Virus record (IMG/VR): IMGVR_UViG_2974508059_000001 | Coordinates: 1-64,000 of that record | Length of the DNA: 64,000 bases | Source: a virus | Taxonomy: Duplodnaviria > Caudoviricetes | Direction: 5' to 3' (one strand) | Shown: positions 7,022-16,209 of the stretch, piece by piece | How the letters are laid out: every line of letters begins with the position of its first letter | How positions within the stretch are numbered: position 1 is the first letter of the stretch | Notes under the pieces: model-generated | The model's input: the letters and a program-made list of their open reading frames with translations, nothing else | The model's database searches: none | Told to the model about the DNA's origin: nothing | Program-made: the position numbers and the translations under genes

Positions 7022-7144
7022 TGTACGCTCCTCAGAAACGTTTTGCGGGCACCATAGCAAAAGGCGAAGGGTCAGTACCTACCCATACTAAAATTACATT
7101 ACAGTGCTATTCTGTGCGGCATGACGCAAGGTAAAAAAGATTTA

Positions 7145-7164
7145 GATAGATATTATTACCATGA
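7145..7164 (+). promoter_or_regulatory. Early promoter motif
   Basis: GATAGATATTATTACCATGA. Confidence 0.7.
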
Positions 7165-7186
7165 TTAATCGTAAGGAGTATCTAAT

Positions 7187-7498
7187 GTGACCCATGTCGT
7201 GTTTGAGCTGTACCAACAACAGAATCTCTGCACGCCGCTGATGTTAATCAATGCGATGCAGGAGCTGCTTTATCCGGGAATGCATCCCGATATTCCAAGT
7301 TGTGTCCTTGACCATGCCGAGCGCTATTTCGGCAGTTCTGCATGGTTTATGTTGTACTCACTTGGCCGAAATCATTATCAGCCGTTTTACTTTAGCAATG
7401 GGGTTGTACTAACGTGGTCAAACTACACATCGAACCAATTGATGTCCATAATCAGATCTGGGAACCCATCAGCCTGTCACCGTACGGCCGATGTTTAA
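7187..7498 (+). CDS. Hypothetical early protein
   Basis: AAGGAG RBS, GTG start. Confidence 0.7.
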   Translation: MTHVVFELYQQQNLCTPLMLINAMQELLYPGMHPDIPSCVLDHAERYFGSSAWFMLYSLGRNHYQPFYFSNGVVLTWSNYTSNQLMSIIRSGNPSACHRTADV

Positions 7499-8091
7499 AC
7501 CTGACTGAGAGTGAGCGCCAAAAGTTAACACTCCAATTCTTACACACAGCATTGGAGGATATCTTCCTCTCCATCCCACTGATGCAGCACACGAACTTTG
7601 AAGACCTCCTCGCCCCGTTTGTGAATCAGGAACAGCTTAATGCGTATCTGATGACCTACGGTATGGTCGGGGAACCTGACATTGTTACCACCAAGTCGAC
7701 ACTGACCCAAGAGAGTATTCTGGGTGTCACGCCGACGGGTCAGGTGGAAAAGCAACGGCATGTGTTGATGTCAACCGAGTGTTTAGTACAGCTTGCCTTT
7801 GATGATATGTTCTTGGCATTCCGCGACGGTGTTGAGCAGCTTATCCGCACAGCGTGCCGACGTCTGGAACTTCGATTCAATCCGTACTCAACGGTTACGC
7901 TCAATCCACTGATCAGTCGGAATGGGCGCTTATTAACTCTGGAGTTAATACTCGGTGAAGACATTCGACACATTTACTTCCGTCAGACGTTCCCCGGTGG
8001 ACGATACCGTGAGGGTCACCAGTCTGAAGTTCGTGACCTTTCGGGCTTACGAGAATCTGCTGAAGACGGACATCTTGACAACGGGTTATGA
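7414..8091 (+). CDS. Hypothetical protein (225 aa)
   Basis: Long ORF in the overlapping operon. Confidence 0.75.
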   Translation: MVKLHIEPIDVHNQIWEPISLSPYGRCLNLTESERQKLTLQFLHTALEDIFLSIPLMQHTNFEDLLAPFVNQEQLNAYLMTYGMVGEPDIVTTKSTLTQESILGVTPTGQVEKQRHVLMSTECLVQLAFDDMFLAFRDGVEQLIRTACRRLELRFNPYSTVTLNPLISRNGRLLTLELILGEDIRHIYFRQTFPGGRYREGHQSEVRDLSGLRESAEDGHLDNGL

Positions 8092-8398
8092 TTGCCAGTT
8101 CGCTATCAAACAAACCATCCTCGATGTCCTCGACTACTTGATTGATACCTTTAGCCCCCACGGGATGTGGGACGCGAAACACGTGCTGCTGTTGTGCCGG
8201 GTCTCGCGTCCTCAGACAACCATTGCCCAAGCCTTTCTCATTACCCGCACGGTGCGTGAGGTGTTATGTGAAGAGCTGGCGGTACCACCCAAAGGCTTTC
8301 GGTTATTACTCAAGCGTCAAGGGGAATTCATTTACTACATTCCTGTAGAGGAAAACGGTTATGATTACTATTCTCCTGCACACGCCGGAGCTGTATAA
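7955..8398 (+). CDS. Hypothetical protein (start uncertain, 7955 or 8009)
   Basis: Fills the operon gap; overlaps both neighbours. Confidence 0.65.
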   Translation: MKTFDTFTSVRRSPVDDTVRVTSLKFVTFRAYENLLKTDILTTGYDCQFAIKQTILDVLDYLIDTFSPHGMWDAKHVLLLCRVSRPQTTIAQAFLITRTVREVLCEELAVPPKGFRLLLKRQGEFIYYIPVEENGYDYYSPAHAGAV

Positions 8399-8792
8399 GG
8401 AAATCATGGCCGTCATTCGTCGGTTCACTCGCGTCGAGTATCAAGACGAAGCTGAGTTAATCGACTATTATGCCCAGCAGTTTATCCTGACGGAGATTCG
8501 TCGTCGCCAGTTTCCAATCAGCGACAACCAAGCCCGGACAATGGTTTACTGCCAGATATGGGAGCATCCGCTGGTCACGGATTATCTCATTAACCACTCG
8601 GTCATTCATCACATGGTGGACGAGCCGAAGGTGTGGCAAGCGGTCGAAGAAGAAGTCACCTTCTCTGTCGCCGGTGAACCGTGGATGTGGAGTCTCGGTG
8701 CCGGTGTCTGGAAAATATTAACCCTGGGGTACGTGCCATGTCAGAACAATACTTCCTTATCCACAACTACCAATTCAACGCTGGCCCACTGA
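8361..8792 (+). CDS. Hypothetical protein (143 aa)
   Basis: GAGG RBS. Confidence 0.75.
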   Translation: MITILLHTPELYKEIMAVIRRFTRVEYQDEAELIDYYAQQFILTEIRRRQFPISDNQARTMVYCQIWEHPLVTDYLINHSVIHHMVDEPKVWQAVEEEVTFSVAGEPWMWSLGAGVWKILTLGYVPCQNNTSLSTTTNSTLAH

Positions 8793-9244
8793 CAGAATTC
8801 GATCCTAACTCGATTCTGCGGGAGATTAATACCGATGTGAACAACATCATTAATCAGGCCATCTCGTTTGTTCAAAACGGGACCGTCGGTCAGGTTGACT
8901 ACACCCTGCCGAACGCGATGCAGTTTGTTTCAACTGAACTCAACGCACAGGGCATCACCATTGAAGGTGAAACGCTGATAACGTATGGGCGCGCAATACA
9001 AGATATTGCCAAACTCTACGTCGTGTCCCTGTCGGAGTCGCCGTTCTGGATTACGCGCTTCCCGCAGTTCTGTGGTGCGCGCTACAGTAACCAAGTGCCG
9101 GATGCCGTTGAGATGATGTTGGACTTTAACCAAATCAAATTCCCGGAACTCGAGAACCAACAAACGCTGGATCAGATTGCCCCAATCATGATGAACGTTG
9201 TGATGGAGCTTATCGGGTCACTGGGCGGAGGGTTGAGACCATAA
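8738..9244 (+). CDS. Hypothetical protein
   Basis: GGGG RBS before ATG 8738; stop overlaps next start (TAATG). Confidence 0.75.
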   Translation: MSEQYFLIHNYQFNAGPLTEFDPNSILREINTDVNNIINQAISFVQNGTVGQVDYTLPNAMQFVSTELNAQGITIEGETLITYGRAIQDIAKLYVVSLSESPFWITRFPQFCGARYSNQVPDAVEMMLDFNQIKFPELENQQTLDQIAPIMMNVVMELIGSLGGGLRP

Positions 9245-9813
9245 TGCGCGGTCTTTACGATATGCTCGACATCGTCAAAGGCTACGGGGTAGATAAACTC
9301 TACGAACATGTTCGTGAGCACATCTATAAAATCGTGGAGCGGTCACAGCTTAACTTCGTGGAAACGGATGAAGCGGTTGTTAACCTGTATCAGAAGTACG
9401 CGTTTGCTTATGCGATTGCCACGAAAGCCCGTTGCGTTGACACGCTGGTCGATTTGTTGTTTGAGGACACCCACGACCCGATTGGGAACTGGCAAATCCA
9501 AGAAGACAAAGGCCTGAATGAAATTATCGATAACCTCTCCAAGCCCATGCTCTTCGTTACCCAAGATGAGTTTGCGCTGGAGACGGATTCTTTACAGACA
9601 TTCCCTAACAGTTATGGTTCCGATGAGCAGCATCTTCAAGCGATGCAAGAGGTTCTGGAATTGTTCACGACGGAGATGGAAAGTCAGACTGGGCTGTTCG
9701 CCTTGTTTGACAGTTTACTCCCCGGTGAAATGGAACGCTACTTCGGTGACGATTACTTTAATTTAGTGGTGGTGTGTAATGCGAATGTATCTCAGCTTGG
9801 CGGACATTTATAA
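9244..9813 (+). CDS. Hypothetical acidic protein (189 aa)
   Basis: GGAGG RBS, translational coupling. Confidence 0.8.
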   Translation: MRGLYDMLDIVKGYGVDKLYEHVREHIYKIVERSQLNFVETDEAVVNLYQKYAFAYAIATKARCVDTLVDLLFEDTHDPIGNWQIQEDKGLNEIIDNLSKPMLFVTQDEFALETDSLQTFPNSYGSDEQHLQAMQEVLELFTTEMESQTGLFALFDSLLPGEMERYFGDDYFNLVVVCNANVSQLGGHL

Positions 9814-10234
9814 CCCGGAGCCGATGCGGAACGCACTCGAACGAATGAGTCGCCTGTCGGTGGGCACCGCAGAACTCTTCTACATCTTTGTGAGTGAATA
9901 CGCTCGCGAGTGTTTAGAGTCTGTGGTGAGAAATAAATGCCACGGGATAGGTTTCCTAACCTACACCCGACCGGACATCTCTAAGGTGCTCCAGTTACTG
10001 CGACAGTCGGGTATCCCGACTGATACGTGGATTGAGTTGAAAGACAATATTGATGAGTGGTGGAAGTCAGAAGGGCTAAGCGAGGATAGTTTGATTCGTG
10101 CACAGCACCTGCTGCAACTCGCCGAAGCCGCTCGTGCCAATGCAGGCTTAACCTATGAAGCGTTTGCCGAGTCGGTAAAGGTCAAATTAGAAATGAACGA
10201 GATAAGGACGGCGTATATCCTTGTTGAAGTTTAA
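9779..10234 (+). CDS. Hypothetical protein (151 aa)
   Basis: Operon continuity. Confidence 0.75.
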   Translation: MRMYLSLADIYNPEPMRNALERMSRLSVGTAELFYIFVSEYARECLESVVRNKCHGIGFLTYTRPDISKVLQLLRQSGIPTDTWIELKDNIDEWWKSEGLSEDSLIRAQHLLQLAEAARANAGLTYEAFAESVKVKLEMNEIRTAYILVEV

Positions 10235-10243
10235 GGAGTAAGC

Positions 10244-10858
10244 ATGGTGTACAGAGTGCTCGCCCCGCAGGCCTACTCGATAGATTTAGGCGTTGTGGGA
10301 TATATCGATCACGGTCAGGATTTCTTACAGGCTGTGAACGACGTGATTAAAGGTCTTGCACCTTTCTCGCTTGAAGTGAATCCAATTAACTTCACGCCAG
10401 AGGCTTTGTTCGACTCCGCTTACGACGGCTTGGTGCTGTCTGCCCAGTCCAAAACTCCTGTGCATTGGCCGACCAGTCGTCGGTCACAGCTCAAGGATTT
10501 TCTGGCGAAGGTGTTTCGTGAGCATCGCCAGTGGAAGTTCCGCTCCAAATACGATGAGGGTTCGGTCAACGACCAAGTCTTCTACGAATTGGAACCGGTA
10601 GCGGAAATCTGTCAGGAGATGAACAAAGGCAGCTTCGACGTGGTGGACGGTATCGTGTCATTCACTATCAGCCGCTTTGCGCACGACCTGTCCATGATTA
10701 TCTTCAACGAGTTCGGTGACACCTTGGAGATGTTTACCAAGGCCCACCGTGCACGCATTAAAGCGGTTCGTGTGAAGGTGGATGCGGGCAGGTTGGACAG
10801 CGCAATGCTGGACATGAAAATGCTCATTGAAGTTGAAGAGGGCGAAAATGACCGTTGA
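10244..10858 (+). CDS. Hypothetical protein (204 aa)
   Basis: AAGGAG RBS. Confidence 0.8.
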   Translation: MVYRVLAPQAYSIDLGVVGYIDHGQDFLQAVNDVIKGLAPFSLEVNPINFTPEALFDSAYDGLVLSAQSKTPVHWPTSRRSQLKDFLAKVFREHRQWKFRSKYDEGSVNDQVFYELEPVAEICQEMNKGSFDVVDGIVSFTISRFAHDLSMIIFNEFGDTLEMFTKAHRARIKAVRVKVDAGRLDSAMLDMKMLIEVEEGENDR

Positions 10859-11258
10859 TGTTAAGCAGTTCGAACCGGGACAAATCGTTAACCTCATCTA
10901 CGACACGGAGGCTCTTGCACAGGAGTCCCGCGTGGTGGTGCAGGGGTACATCGGTTTTGCTCAGGCACAGAAAACAGAAGATGTTCGTGTTAAGCACAGC
11001 AACATCTACTCGACGCTGGTCAGTAAGCCTGAGAATAAAATCGAAAAGAGTTTGTTCCTGCTCTACACCGACAGCAATAACAAGTTGCACGTCGCCGCTG
11101 ATGTGTGGCTACGTGAGGTGAAGATTATCAAGAACCTCCAAGTGAACTTTACCGTGACCTTGGACAATCGCGATGAGCTTGACCTGATGACGAAAGCGCT
11201 GGCAGCCCGTGGGTTCAGTGATGTCAAATACGACATCGTTGATAACACGGCCGGGTGA
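10848..11258 (+). CDS. Conserved hypothetical protein preceding DNA polymerase (phiKZ gp49 position)
   Basis: GAGGG RBS; synteny; terminator follows. Confidence 0.75.
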   Translation: MTVDVKQFEPGQIVNLIYDTEALAQESRVVVQGYIGFAQAQKTEDVRVKHSNIYSTLVSKPENKIEKSLFLLYTDSNNKLHVAADVWLREVKIIKNLQVNFTVTLDNRDELDLMTKALAARGFSDVKYDIVDNTAG

Positions 11259-11264
11259 GAAAGG

Positions 11265-11299
11265 CCTACCGCTTCGGCGGTAGGTTCTTCTTTTTTTTT
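11265..11299 (+). terminator. Intrinsic terminator
   Basis: CCTACCGC-TTCG-GCGGTAGG plus T run. Confidence 0.85.
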
Positions 11300-11347
11300 C
11301 ACAGCAGCGTTATCTATTATAGATGAAGACTTGGACAGGAGTTAGCC

Positions 11348-13636
11348 GTGAGCTACCAAGAACCCTTCCGGCTAACGGAAGATGAGTACGACCGCGATAT
11401 TGATGTTCAAGACGCGTACCTGCAACAAGTTACCCATTATATCTTTACCATGCTCTGCGGTGAGTACACCGAGGAGTACATCCGTGCACAGCTCGAAAGC
11501 ATGTTCGGACCCGAGGGTGAACTGCAACACAGTTACCCGACCTGTAAGATGTGGGTGCGTAATCCACAGACTGGCGATCGTGAAGAGAAACACACCACGG
11601 TCGATAAGCTATTTCGTAAGGTTATCGAAAAGGACATTATCTTTGCCCCGTCGTTAACCTTCTACATGCCGGAGTCTGCTAAGCGTTCCAAGCTTTCGGA
11701 GTTTACTGCCGATAACGTGCGTAAACGTGGCGTGATCAAAGGCGAGATGCAAGATGCATTCGCCGCCGGTAATCCGGTTCTGGGGACCAATAAAAAGAAC
11801 GAGCAGAACGCCGTTAAGACCCTGAACAACGGCATGTCCGGTGCGTTCTCATCGCCGTACACCATTCTCTTTAACCAGTCAGCACACTCCACGTTGACCT
11901 CGACGTGTCGTACGGCCACCTCGTTTGGTAATGCCGGTAACGAACGTCTGCTGGGTGGTCGTCGTCATTACGACAATGCATCGCGTGTTATCGATCACTT
12001 CCTCAGCATCTCGACACTCACCGACTTCGTTGAGTTCAAAGCGTGCATGGACAAATACGGTCTGCATGTACCGACCGTTGATGAAACCATGGAAGTCATC
12101 GAATACTCAGCGAATGACTACTGGCGTTCAACAGACAACATGGCGAAGGTACGCCACTACGTTGAACGGACGCATGACATGGCGCGTGCGGCCTTCGTCT
12201 ACATGGGTGACTTCTTCCATCTGGCGAAGTACAACGACGAATTCATGCGTGGCTTTATCGGTGCCTTGATTGCCAAGGACATGGCCTGTGAAGAAGAAAT
12301 CACAGACTGGAAAGCCGCTGAGAAATCGGTTGACGGGGACATGAAAATCATCATCTCCCAGTTCCGTACCGATATCGTGCCAAAAGGCAAGTCGTTCAAA
12401 GACGTGAAGTTGATTAACGATGAAACCAAGGTGCCGTTGCCGTGGGACGAGCAGGGCAAATACAAAGAGCTGATTCGCTCTGCGTTGTTCCTGCAAAAAA
12501 CCATCGGGCAATACAGCTGCCTTATCAAAAACATCCTGACCACCAAAAACCTGCCAATCAACATTGCGCGTCTGCCGGATGTGATTCGTAATGTGGGGGT
12601 GGTGTCAGATACTGACTCAACCATGATGACCGCACAGTGGTGGGCACAGTGGTACACAGGCAAGCATTACGGTGAAGAGGCTACCCGTGTATCGGATGCC
12701 ATGATCTACATCGCTACGCAGCACCTGCGTCACCTGATGGCGAGTATGTCAGTGAACTTGGGCGTGGCAAAGAAACGTCTGTTCCTGTACGCCATGAAGA
12801 ACGAGTATAAGTTTGACTCGTTTGCTTTGACCACGAAAGCCAAACACTACTTCTCCATTATCACGGGGCAGGAAGGTCAGCTGAAGAAAGAGCCGGAACT
12901 CGAAGTTAAGGGTGTATCCCTGCGTACCTCGAACATCCCGCCTGTCATCATGCGTGAGTTTAAGAAAACCATTAAGCAGTTGTGCATTCAGGTCGCTGCC
13001 GGTGAGAAGATTGAAATTGTGAAGCTGCTGGAGAAGGTCGCCAGTATCGAACACAACGTCATGGACTCCATCAAAGCCGGTAACGGTAACTTCTTGAAGA
13101 CCACGAACATCAAAGACCGTTCTGCGTATACGGGCGACGAGAAGCAATACCATTACCACCGCATGTACAACACTATCTTCGGGCCGAAATACGGCATGCT
13201 GCCAGAACCACCGTACGACTGCGTAAAACTTCCGGTTAACCTCCAGAACAAAACCGCAATCAACGACTGGCTGGAAAGCATCAAAGACCCGATTATCAAA
13301 AACGGCGCGAAGGCTTGGTTTGAAGAAACCAACTATCGCAAATATACCACCTTGGTTATCCCGGGCCACCTGATTGAGAACTTCGGCCTGCCAGAAGATC
13401 TCAGCATCGTTGCCGACGTTCGTCGTTCTGCGTTTGCAACCGTAGAACCTTATTACCACGCACTGGAGTGTTTGGGTGTGTTCATGATTGATAAGAACCG
13501 TACGCGTCTGTTGTCAGACTACTACGGTGCCTCTATCGAAGATGTCATGGCGCAACTGGAAGCTGCAGACGACGGTGAAGAGCTGTGGGAAGACGAGGAA
13601 GAAGAGGACGACGACGATGCTGTCGAAGAAGATTGA
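11348..13636 (+). CDS. Split family-B DNA polymerase, polymerase subunit (phiKZ gp50-like)
   Basis: Motif B QNAVKTLNNGMSG, motif C VSDTDS, KAKHY, EVKGV; acidic tail. Confidence 0.88.
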   Translation: MSYQEPFRLTEDEYDRDIDVQDAYLQQVTHYIFTMLCGEYTEEYIRAQLESMFGPEGELQHSYPTCKMWVRNPQTGDREEKHTTVDKLFRKVIEKDIIFAPSLTFYMPESAKRSKLSEFTADNVRKRGVIKGEMQDAFAAGNPVLGTNKKNEQNAVKTLNNGMSGAFSSPYTILFNQSAHSTLTSTCRTATSFGNAGNERLLGGRRHYDNASRVIDHFLSISTLTDFVEFKACMDKYGLHVPTVDETMEVIEYSANDYWRSTDNMAKVRHYVERTHDMARAAFVYMGDFFHLAKYNDEFMRGFIGALIAKDMACEEEITDWKAAEKSVDGDMKIIISQFRTDIVPKGKSFKDVKLINDETKVPLPWDEQGKYKELIRSALFLQKTIGQYSCLIKNILTTKNLPINIARLPDVIRNVGVVSDTDSTMMTAQWWAQWYTGKHYGEEATRVSDAMIYIATQHLRHLMASMSVNLGVAKKRLFLYAMKNEYKFDSFALTTKAKHYFSIITGQEGQLKKEPELEVKGVSLRTSNIPPVIMREFKKTIKQLCIQVAAGEKIEIVKLLEKVASIEHNVMDSIKAGNGNFLKTTNIKDRSAYTGDEKQYHYHRMYNTIFGPKYGMLPEPPYDCVKLPVNLQNKTAINDWLESIKDPIIKNGAKAWFEETNYRKYTTLVIPGHLIENFGLPEDLSIVADVRRSAFATVEPYYHALECLGVFMIDKNRTRLLSDYYGASIEDVMAQLEAADDGEELWEDEEEEDDDDAVEED

Positions 13637-13982
13637 AACGCACATTCGTAACTCGGTTGAGCAGTATCTGAATAAGCTGCGCAGTTGCCCGGGGATTACC
13701 CGGGTGGATTGTGAGTTCGACGGTAAAGACGGTCTGGTGATGCGGGCGGTGCACGAAGTCAATACGCAGGTGGTTAAACTTACTCCTGCGGAGATGGAGC
13801 ATCTGACCCGCACTGCGTACGAATACGTCGCAGCGAAAGGTTTCCCTCAGTTAGGCGCTGTCTACGAGGAGAAGGTGCGTGTCGCGGCGTTGGAGTACGC
13901 AAGCCAAGGTGTGCAAATCAAGGAAGTCGTCCTGCGGGGCGATGCCCATCCGTTTCGTGTCACGTATTTGGCGAAGCAATGA
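13617..13982 (+). CDS. Hypothetical protein
   Basis: GAGG RBS before ATG 13617; ATGA overlap with next gene. Confidence 0.7.
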   Translation: MLSKKIETHIRNSVEQYLNKLRSCPGITRVDCEFDGKDGLVMRAVHEVNTQVVKLTPAEMEHLTRTAYEYVAAKGFPQLGAVYEEKVRVAALEYASQGVQIKEVVLRGDAHPFRVTYLAKQ

Positions 13983-14176
13983 ACTACAACGATCAGAAGG
14001 CCATTGCCAAAGCCCAAGCGGCGGCGTCAGAGATGCGGCGTGAATTAGAGGAGCGTGGACTCGAACAGGTTATCTGTCACCACGTTTCCCCAACTAACAT
14101 TCGATTTACAGCGTACAACCCCAAGAAGAAAAGAACGATTGAATCTCATGGGGTTGTGCGGGAGGACACAGAATGA
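13979..14176 (+). CDS. Hypothetical protein (65 aa)
   Basis: ATGA overlaps at both ends. Confidence 0.65.
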   Translation: MNYNDQKAIAKAQAAASEMRRELEERGLEQVICHHVSPTNIRFTAYNPKKKRTIESHGVVREDTE

Positions 14177-14472
14177 AGATGTATGCCTTCAGATTTAAAG
14201 ACGGTGGTCAGCACCAACACTTTGCCTACGAGACCGAAGAGGAAGCATTCCTCGAGTTTCTCAAGGGGCATTTGAAACAAGGCGACATCCCGACGTTTGA
14301 ATACGACGAGGGGGTGCCGCACTTCCGCCACTCATCTGATATCCAGTTGCCGGATTTCTTCTACTGGGAAATCGAAGATGGGCACGCCAAAGATCAAGTC
14401 GGGTACACAGGCTACACCCTGCGCAAGTGGCTTGAAAAACGATTCATGAAGTTCACCGAAAACAAAACGTAA
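14173..14472 (+). CDS. Hypothetical protein (99 aa)
   Basis: GGAGG RBS. Confidence 0.75.
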   Translation: MKMYAFRFKDGGQHQHFAYETEEEAFLEFLKGHLKQGDIPTFEYDEGVPHFRHSSDIQLPDFFYWEIEDGHAKDQVGYTGYTLRKWLEKRFMKFTENKT

Positions 14473-14481
14473 GGAGTTGCC

Positions 14482-14859
14482 ATGGGTTCTGTTCGTAAAT
14501 TGCATTACTGTGCCATCCCGGGAGATTCTACTGTGCCTGTTGGTACGCCGCTCTATCGTACCTCGTATGCCGCTGCCCGCGAGTTCCTAAGAGAGCATCC
14601 GGACTTCAGCGAAGACCAAGGTAGCTACTTTGGCAAGCAGGTCTTTATCGGTAACGACACTGACAAAAAGTACAGTGTGGTGATTGGAACGGTTACCGTT
14701 TCATCCGATGAAGCCGATCCGAAGGTATTGCTGGAGGAGCACTGCGTGAACCAGATGGTGTATTGCGATATGGCGTACGACGATTTCGTTTCCGGCTTAC
14801 CGGTGCTGACTGTCCGCAAGGATAATCACGAAAAGCTGATCACGAAAGCTGCAGGCTAA
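14482..14859 (+). CDS. Hypothetical protein (125 aa)
   Basis: AAGGAG RBS; terminator after. Confidence 0.75.
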   Translation: MGSVRKLHYCAIPGDSTVPVGTPLYRTSYAAAREFLREHPDFSEDQGSYFGKQVFIGNDTDKKYSVVIGTVTVSSDEADPKVLLEEHCVNQMVYCDMAYDDFVSGLPVLTVRKDNHEKLITKAAG

Positions 14860-14871
14860 TAAAAAGAAAGC

Positions 14872-14895
14872 CCTGCACCGTGAGGTGCAGGTTTT
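14872..14895. terminator. Terminator between convergent genes
   Basis: CCTGCAC-CGTGAG-GTGCAGG with A- and T-rich flanks. Confidence 0.7.
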
Positions 14896-14950
14896 ATTAC
14901 CCTATTATATGAAGCATCCTAACGGGTGTTTCGTGCAGGGGAAAGAATTG

Positions 14951-16012
14951 CTAATTTTGTTCGAGGATACGATACAGCGGATACAGGAGACTGTGCTTGT
15001 AGTGGTTCTGTACGGGACGCTTGAGTTTATCAAGCACGCGCAGGTCCTCAAAGCGCTCAAGGTCAACCTTTAGGTTAGACTTGTCTTTTTGCATCGCTGG
15101 GTTGTCGTACTGATAACAGAACAGTGCCCATTCCCAATTCACAATCTCCCGTGGCCAGTTTGATTGCAGCGTAGACCCGCTTTCTCTAAAGAGGATACGG
15201 TCCAATGCGGTTGACGGTTCAAAGGTAGAGAAGAACTGGGGGACGTGTCGCAGTACCACACCGGGAAGTGGCGTGCCTTTCTTAAGGGCTTCGTCTATCT
15301 TGGTGGCGTGACGCACTGCAAGGTCGCGTAACGGAGGTACAGGCACAACACGGCTAGGAGCATCTTTCTCAACCTCCAGTCCTGTGGCAACCCGACGGTG
15401 GATATTCAGAAAGGCAATATCCATGTACGAGGGAAGCATACGGTACACGACGTGTTGCTGTGCGTAGACCGGAGACGTTATAGGTGTTTTGGTTCGCTGG
15501 TAGTATTCCACCCCTTTGGCGTATTGCCAGAGCAGGGCCACCAGGTTAATCTCAATGATACTTACACCCTGCGGTTTGTCCGTACCCAGTTGCCAGTTCA
15601 GATTGGTATACTCGTGGTAAAGGTAGACAGCCGGGGTGTAATCCTGAAAAGGCAGATTGGGATCAACCGGGCGTGCAACCAGCGAAATGATCTCATCTTG
15701 GCCGGTGATGAATTTGCCATTGTGTACTTGGCCGAATTCTCCCACCGAGGAAAGTTTTAGCGCGTTACCGATTCCGGCGAGTTTTCTCATGCAGGCCCAT
15801 TCGACATTGTCGTACGTTATCTCTCCTGCGTAGCCTACATTGGTGATTAACTCGAGAATCAAATGGTTCGATACCACTCGGGTACCTGAGCGTTCCAGAA
15901 AGTTGCGGATACGTTGTTGGTTATTTTTTACAGCAGCGGCAATCTGTATAGCGGACGGGTCCGCGTAGATGCCTTTGATTGCGGCCTGATTTAAATCGGC
16001 GTGACTGAACAT
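14951..16012 (-). CDS. Conserved virion-associated protein divergent from chimallin (phiKZ gp52 position)
   Basis: AAGGAG RBS before ATG 16012; synteny. Confidence 0.7.
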   Translation of the reverse strand: MFSHADLNQAAIKGIYADPSAIQIAAAVKNNQQRIRNFLERSGTRVVSNHLILELITNVGYAGEITYDNVEWACMRKLAGIGNALKLSSVGEFGQVHNGKFITGQDEIISLVARPVDPNLPFQDYTPAVYLYHEYTNLNWQLGTDKPQGVSIIEINLVALLWQYAKGVEYYQRTKTPITSPVYAQQHVVYRMLPSYMDIAFLNIHRRVATGLEVEKDAPSRVVPVPPLRDLAVRHATKIDEALKKGTPLPGVVLRHVPQFFSTFEPSTALDRILFRESGSTLQSNWPREIVNWEWALFCYQYDNPAMQKDKSNLKVDLERFEDLRVLDKLKRPVQNHYKHSLLYPLYRILEQN

Positions 16013-16062
16013 GACTGTCTCCTTTGGTTGCACATAGGAAATCCCCAATCTAAATAATTACA

Positions 16063-16082
16063 GATTGATATTATCTATGTGA
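16063..16082 (+). promoter_or_regulatory. Early promoter motif (chimallin P1)
   Basis: GATTGATATTATCTATGTGA. Confidence 0.65.
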
Positions 16083-16149
16083 CAGAACGGTGAAACTGTC
16101 TGTATATGTGTTCATAAGCGACGGCTTACCCACATTGTAAAATATCACA

Positions 16150-16169
16150 GGCAGATATTATTCCCGTGA
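16150..16169 (+). promoter_or_regulatory. Early promoter motif (chimallin P2)
   Basis: GGCAGATATTATTCCCGTGA. Confidence 0.65.
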
Positions 16170-16209
16170 TGCACTACATTACTCTATTAATCCTTAAGGA
16201 ATATATACC

